Origin: Anaerolineae bacterium
Lineage (GTDB): Bacteria; Chloroflexota; Anaerolineae; UBA4142
NCBI GenBank assembly: GCA_034435315.1
Contig: DAOTYB010000071.1
Location: 1 to 56,280, forward strand
Direction: 5' to 3'
Length of the DNA stretch: 56,280 nucleotides
In this document: positions 54,598 through 56,280 of the stretch, piece after piece
How positions within the stretch are numbered: the stretch's first letter is position 1
Layout of the letters: the number at the start of each line of letters is the position of its first letter
Notes under the pieces: generated by a model
Told to the model about the DNA's origin: nothing
The model's database searches: none
Seen by the model: only the letters and a program-made list of their open reading frames with translations
Position numbers and translations under genes: made by a program

Positions 54598-55860
54598 GTG
54601 TCCGACTTTCAAATTCCCTACGCCAAAACCCACCTCACCTTCTCTCTCCCCGATTCGCTTCACGTTGAACGACTTGCACCTGCGCCGATTCCGCCGGTGT
54701 CCGATGCGATGCGCGCGGTAAACGATGCGCTCGAGCATCCACTCGGCCATTTTCGATTTGAAGATTTCGCGCGCGCGCAATCGGTGGCGATTGCGATCAA
54801 CGACAAGACGCGTCCGGTGCCGCTGGCGCTGCTGTTGCCACCACTGTTGCAAAAACTCGCGCGCCTGGGCATCCCCGATTCTGCGATCAAGCTGATCATT
54901 GGCGTTGGCACGCACGCGCCGATGCCGCGCGAAGAATTTGGCGCGGTGGTTCCGCCTGAGATTCTCGCGCGCTATCGCGTCATCAGTCACGATTGCGATG
55001 ACGCGTCGCTCCACGTTTTTCTTGGCACAACGACACGCGGAACGCGCGTGCTGTGCCATCGCGAGTACGCGCACGCCGATTTGCGGATCGCGATTGGCGA
55101 CATCGAGCCGCATCAGTTCATGGGTTTTTCGGGCGGTGTGAAGAGCGCGGCGGTAGGCGTAACCGCGCGCGAAACGATCGCGCACAATCACGCCTTGATG
55201 ATGGAGCCGAACGCGTATCAGGGACGTTACGACGATAATCCGGCGCGGCAGGATTGCGAAGAGATCGGCAAAATCATCGGCATCCATTGCGCGCTCAATT
55301 CGGTGATTGATGAGCACAAGCGTATCGTCGGCGTGTTCGCGGGCGAGCCGGTCGCGGTGATGCGCGCGGGGATGCCACTCGCGCTCGATGTGTATCGCGT
55401 GAACGTGCGCGCGCTATTCGATCTGATGATCGTTTCAGCGGGAGGACATCCCAAGGACATCAATGTTTATCAAGCGCAAAAAGCGGTGGGGCATGCGATG
55501 CCGGTGATGAAACGCGGCGGTACGCTCATCTGGGTTGCCGCGTGTCCTGAGGGCGCGGGGAGCAAGGTGTACGAGGAGTACGTCGCGCAGTTTTCGTCGC
55601 ACGAAGCAGTGCTGGAGCATTTCAAGCGCGCGCCGTTTCAGTTGGGCAAGCACAAGGCATGGCAGATCGCGCGCGACGCGACGCAGGTGCGTTTGCTGAT
55701 GGTCACCGAGTTGCCACCCGACCTCGCGCGCAAACTGCTTTTGCCGCGCGTCGAATCGCTAGATGCCGCGCTCGCGCTTGCCCTGCGCGATTTGCCACGT
55801 GATGCGCGCGTGGGTATAATGCCGGTGGGGAATGTGACGGTACCGGTGATTTCAGATTGA
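54598..55860 (+). CDS. LarA-family (DUF2088) nickel-pincer-dependent 2-hydroxyacid racemase/epimerase homologue.
   Basis: DKTRP, GVGTHAP, HQFMGFSGGVK (H-x9-K), a His 16 residues after the Lys, and YQAQK. Start at GTG 54598 after AGGAG. Upstream ORF codons lie in the repeat. Confidence 0.8.
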   Translation: MSDFQIPYAKTHLTFSLPDSLHVERLAPAPIPPVSDAMRAVNDALEHPLGHFRFEDFARAQSVAIAINDKTRPVPLALLLPPLLQKLARLGIPDSAIKLIIGVGTHAPMPREEFGAVVPPEILARYRVISHDCDDASLHVFLGTTTRGTRVLCHREYAHADLRIAIGDIEPHQFMGFSGGVKSAAVGVTARETIAHNHALMMEPNAYQGRYDDNPARQDCEEIGKIIGIHCALNSVIDEHKRIVGVFAGEPVAVMRAGMPLALDVYRVNVRALFDLMIVSAGGHPKDINVYQAQKAVGHAMPVMKRGGTLIWVAACPEGAGSKVYEEYVAQFSSHEAVLEHFKRAPFQLGKHKAWQIARDATQVRLLMVTELPPDLARKLLLPRVESLDAALALALRDLPRDARVGIMPVGNVTVPVISD

Positions 55861-55905
55861 TGATTTTAGATTTTCGATTGGATCGGTTGATCGTGTTGTC
55901 AGACG

Positions 55906-56139
55906 CTAGGCAAACGGTGCGACGGGTACAAGTTCTGCTCGCGCGGCCACCTGGCCTTCTGCAACTTGAGCGACACGGTGCAACAAACTGGCGTGATAGT
56001 AACGCGTGCCACAATGATCACAGATGCCAATCGGCACGTTTTCCAGAATGACGAACCCATCTTTGTGCTTGAATGATTCGCGCCTGACGATTTTTTCGCG
56101 CACGACACCGTCACAGTATTCGCATTTGTATCCGTACAT
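55906..56139 (-). CDS. YgiT-type (MqsA N-terminal-like) zinc-finger protein.
   Basis: CEYCDG...CDHCG zinc ribbon. 77 aa. No HTH domain and no adjacent toxin gene were seen. Confidence 0.6.
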   Translation of the reverse strand: MYGYKCEYCDGVVREKIVRRESFKHKDGFVILENVPIGICDHCGTRYYHASLLHRVAQVAEGQVAARAELVPVAPFA

Positions 56140-56227
56140 TTTCTAATGGCGTTGCACTGTTTCCTGTTCAACCTACTTGACAGCACAAGAGGTGTTCAAA
56201 CAAATTGGTTTGCACAGTACGCCTTGA

Positions 56228-56280
56228 CCCCACTTATCCCCCTGCCCCCTTCTCTCCCCGCTATGCGGGGAGAGAAGGGG
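56228..56280. repeat. R3 hairpin, truncated by the window end.
   Basis: CCCCCTGCCCCCTTCTCTCCCCG-CTAT-GCGGGGAGAGAAGGGG. Confidence 0.8.

Noticed and set aside
55906-56139. A MqsR/MqsA-type toxin-antitoxin module.
   Set aside because: Only the zinc-ribbon part is present. There is no HTH domain and no adjacent toxin ORF before the window ends in a repeat.

Overview
This 56.3-kb window looks like a GC-rich (roughly 58-60% by eye) bacterial chromosomal segment. It is densely coding: about 50 protein genes and one tRNA. I saw no rRNA, CRISPR array, transposase or integrase. The lineage was not determined; the repeat style and protein set feel Chloroflexota-like, but that is unverified.

Gene blocks, in order:
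- + strand: Pat-type acyl-CoA synthetase/GNAT, aldo-keto reductase, YfhL-like ferredoxin.
- - strand: tRNA-Sec (selC).
- - strand envelope / sugar-nucleotide block: GT2, polyprenyl synthase, TatD, DegV, phosphohexomutase, GlmM, a fused MNT-HEPN protein, Gmd, an Rmd-like reductase, an FmdB zinc ribbon, an epimerase and a PT-rich anchored protein.
- + strand: Uma2 and UvrB, with a DUF4332 gene on the - strand.
- + strand: nitrilase-like protein plus HerA ATPase, then a tight operon of alpha/beta-hydrolase, PLD nuclease, TtuB-like and TtuA-like genes.
- + strand: MurJ, FAD oxidoreductase, two GT4 glycosyltransferases and a priming sugar transferase, then Pdp.
- - strand: membrane pyrophosphatase, acyl-CoA dehydrogenase, a lipoprotein, PepA and MoxR.
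- + strand: an aminotransferase / amine-dehydrogenase / DUF364 operon, a Flp-like pilin coupled to an antiporter-like membrane protein, and a SIMPL protein.
- + strand: an operon of GntR, TctCBA, a split UxaA/SuyAB-type enzyme and a LarA-family gene, followed by a YgiT zinc-finger gene on the - strand.

Most noteworthy observations:
1. The GntR-TTT-split UxaA/SuyAB-LarA locus. It may be a 2-hydroxy-acid (possibly sulfolactate or sugar-acid) pathway that uses a nickel-pincer racemase.
2. A PLD/Mrr_N-like nuclease that is translationally packed with a ThiS/TtuB-like protein and a TtuA-type PP-loop thiolase. The TtuB-like protein carries a 36-aa repeat-encoded tail after its Gly-Gly.
3. A nitrilase-superfamily protein whose nucleophile Cys is Gly, sitting directly upstream of a HerA ATPase that has no NurA partner.
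4. An extensive intergenic repeat repertoire, with one palindromic family inserted in frame, in the same orientation and the same reading frame, into both the GT2 and MurJ genes.

All functional calls come from motif recognition by eye. No database search was run.
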